Origin: Camelus dromedarius
Lineage: Eukaryota
Length of the DNA stretch: 64,000 nucleotides
Assembly: GCF_036321535.1 (NCBI RefSeq)
Contig: NC_087436.1
Span: 12,834,001-12,898,000, forward strand
Reading direction: 5' to 3'
Shown here: positions 61,656 to 64,000 of the stretch, piece after piece
Layout of the letters: each line of letters opens with the position of its first letter
Numbering within the stretch: position 1 is the first letter of the stretch
Position numbers and translations under genes: made by a program
The notes under the pieces: model-generated
What the model saw: only the letters and a program-made list of their open reading frames with translations
The model's database searches: none
Told to the model about the DNA's origin: nothing

Positions 61656-64000
61656 TGGGCATCCCTGCAGAGTTGAGCGCTGCTCCCTGCGCTTGTCTGC
61701 TGAGTGCTGACGGAGAAACTTCGGTTAGGAAGGGGTCAGCTGGATGAAGAACCCCCATATTATCTCCCTGAATTTTACCTCTATCTTGAAATTTTTCTCC
61801 CCATATTTCTACATTAGATATTTGTTTTTCCTGTCGTCCTCACCAAGTGCAAGAGTTATTTCAGTGACTAGTTAGTTAGGTTATGAATGTGACTAAGGGG
61901 TACAGAGGGAAAGAACGTGAGAGGACAAATGTCTTTTCACCATCAAGCAACTGATAGTTTCCGCAGATTTAAATCTAAAGGTTCACAGCAGCAGTAGGAA
62001 CCACAGGTCACAAATAACAACATTCTCCCTCAAGGTGACTGAATACAGGATGGTCTGAGTGCCTGATGAGGTTGGTTCCTATTTTTGGATCCCAGGATTT
62101 GGCTGGCACAATGCTGGCATTCATGCTTGGGGTGAACAAGGATTTCAAGACAGATTGGGGTTTTCTCCTGGATTTCCTCATCTTCTCTGCTTCTCATTCG
62201 TGTTTATGCACACCTTAATTCCCTGTCTTGGTGCCCCAGTCAATGAAACAGCTTATTGCCTCCGAGAGGAGAAGACAAAAGAGAGGAGCAGCTGCCATGC
62301 CGTACTCGGAATGCATCTGCACTGACCCTCCAGGGCACAGGACAGCAGGACTAGTCAGTGAAACGTGCGACCCAGAGCACCAGCAGCACAAATGCCCCCA
62401 GCTGGGACCTTCACTCCCTTGTGACTCTGCTGGGCTGCCCTCTCCACACTGGACATTCTCCTCCTTGACAACACTGTCCATTTTGGATGGAGGGGCTTCT
62501 GCTCCTGCTGTAATGGGTAACTTGGCTACATCCACTATGTCACTAGTCAAAAACAAACAAACAAAACTCACGCTGATGTTTTTCATCTTAATTCCAGGGC
62601 TTTCATAGTTCAGCCCACATTTACAAAAATCTGTCCGAGGCCCTTGGAAATCAGTTCTGGGTTGATATTTCCTTTCCCATACAATTGAAAAATTCTTGCT
62701 TCAAAAAAAATATATTCTTTTCACATACATATCAACCTCCAGAAGTCTTTTAACCTGAAAGAGTTAGCTTGAGAAAGCTTAGCTTGAGAGGTGAAGTAGA
62801 AGTCAAAGCAAGGCATCTCTGAAACTTTGACTTGGTCTATACAAAGTGTGGGTTGTGAAGAAATGGCCAACTGGAAGAACCCTGGGCGCTTCCGTTCCCA
62901 TAAGACGCTGGGCAGGACGTGGTTGAACAGAGATGCCAACAGACGGCGTTTACTGACCTGCTCAGCATATAATCAGCACCCGTATATCTGCCCAGAGGGA
63001 ACCAATTTTAGGTTAGAAGCCAAGCAAGGCTCGATCTGTAGCGGTAGCGGAGGCTTCAAACCCTCTTCCTTCCGCATGGCTGCAACGTGCCGCGGGTAGG
63101 CTGTGGCAGAGAAAAGCCAGATGTACAGACCGGACGGAGAGACTGAAAGTTGTCTAAGTTCATGGTTTTGTTTCCTTAGTAACTGCAGCTGGCAGCCAGC
63201 GACCCAGAACAAAGGGGAGGAACCGAAGCCAGCTTCCGGGATGTCAGTTACTAAATAGCAACAGCGGAGAAGGATCGCGCACAATCGTCAGTCACAAGAC
63301 TGAGTTTGGCAACTTCATTTTTATTCAACTTTATTTTTATGCCATTCAACGCAGTTCTCAAGCCCCTGTTTCTGCCTAGGAGTAGGAAAACCATCCTGCC
63401 AGCTCAACAAAACTCAGTCACTTCGGATTTGAGTACAGTCAGGTCAGGAAGAAAACGCAGTCACCTAGAGATTTCCGGACCCTGTCCCTTCGCACACGCG
63501 CCTGGACACGCACACACTTCCCTCCCGCTGGGGGCTCTGGGATCCAGGGACTTTTCTCCCCCATGGCTCAGGGGGTCACAGGGTCCTCTGGGAAGCTGTC
63601 TTCCCCTCCTGGAACTCCAGACAGGCGCTGGGACACAGCCTCCTGTGCTTTCAGATACCTGCACACGTTGGGGATTTCGGCACTGCCTCTTTCTGGTATT
63701 TAGGTGGAGACGACAAGGCACGCGGTCAGGTGGGGCACGGGGAGGCCGCTTTATTGGTGTCTAAATGCCTTTGCTCTCCCTCATCTTCTCCATTTCGGGC
63801 CCTCCCGTCCCGGGAAGGCTGCCCTCTCTTCTCTGTGTGTGCATCATTGTGTCTTCTTCCTCTCGGTGTGATTTACAGCATGAACTCAGTGCCCAAGCGC
63901 TCCACGCTCTGGAGCTTTGGAAACTCAAGTCCTTGTCTCTCTTAACAAAGCCAGACTCCTGCAAGTGAATGCCTTGCTTCCTCCTTTGTTTTTTCTGTTA

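Noticed and set aside
63306..63764. 152-aa ORF as possible DCHS2 exon 1
   Set aside because: TTG start, no signal peptide or cadherin motifs

Overview
Mammalian genomic DNA, almost certainly camelid (tRNA-derived vic-1-type SINEs; fibrinopeptide B reads ATDYDEEEDDRVKVRLDAR). The window covers part of the fibrinogen cluster: the 3' half of FGA (+; exons 4-5 and the alternative alpha-E exon 6), all of FGB (-; 9 coding exons, 1455 nt/484 aa as reconstructed) and all of PLRG1 (+; 15 coding exons, 1542 nt/513 aa). About 22 kb of repeat-rich, apparently non-coding DNA follows. I see no novel multi-gene system. The best observations are: a 21-nt FGB microexon missed by the ORF track that supplies the middle of fibrinopeptide B; a nearly perfectly homogenised 39-bp coding minisatellite in FGA with one Glu/Gln toggle; loss of the canonical B-beta Arg42-Ala43 plasmin site; an RGDS/RGGS swap in the A-alpha chain; loss of the two upstream FGB ATGs; and a 148-bp inverted duplication bracketing 5.3 kb of rearranged L1 DNA. 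Comparisons with human and other species are from recall, not from alignments run here, and repeat family names are approximate.
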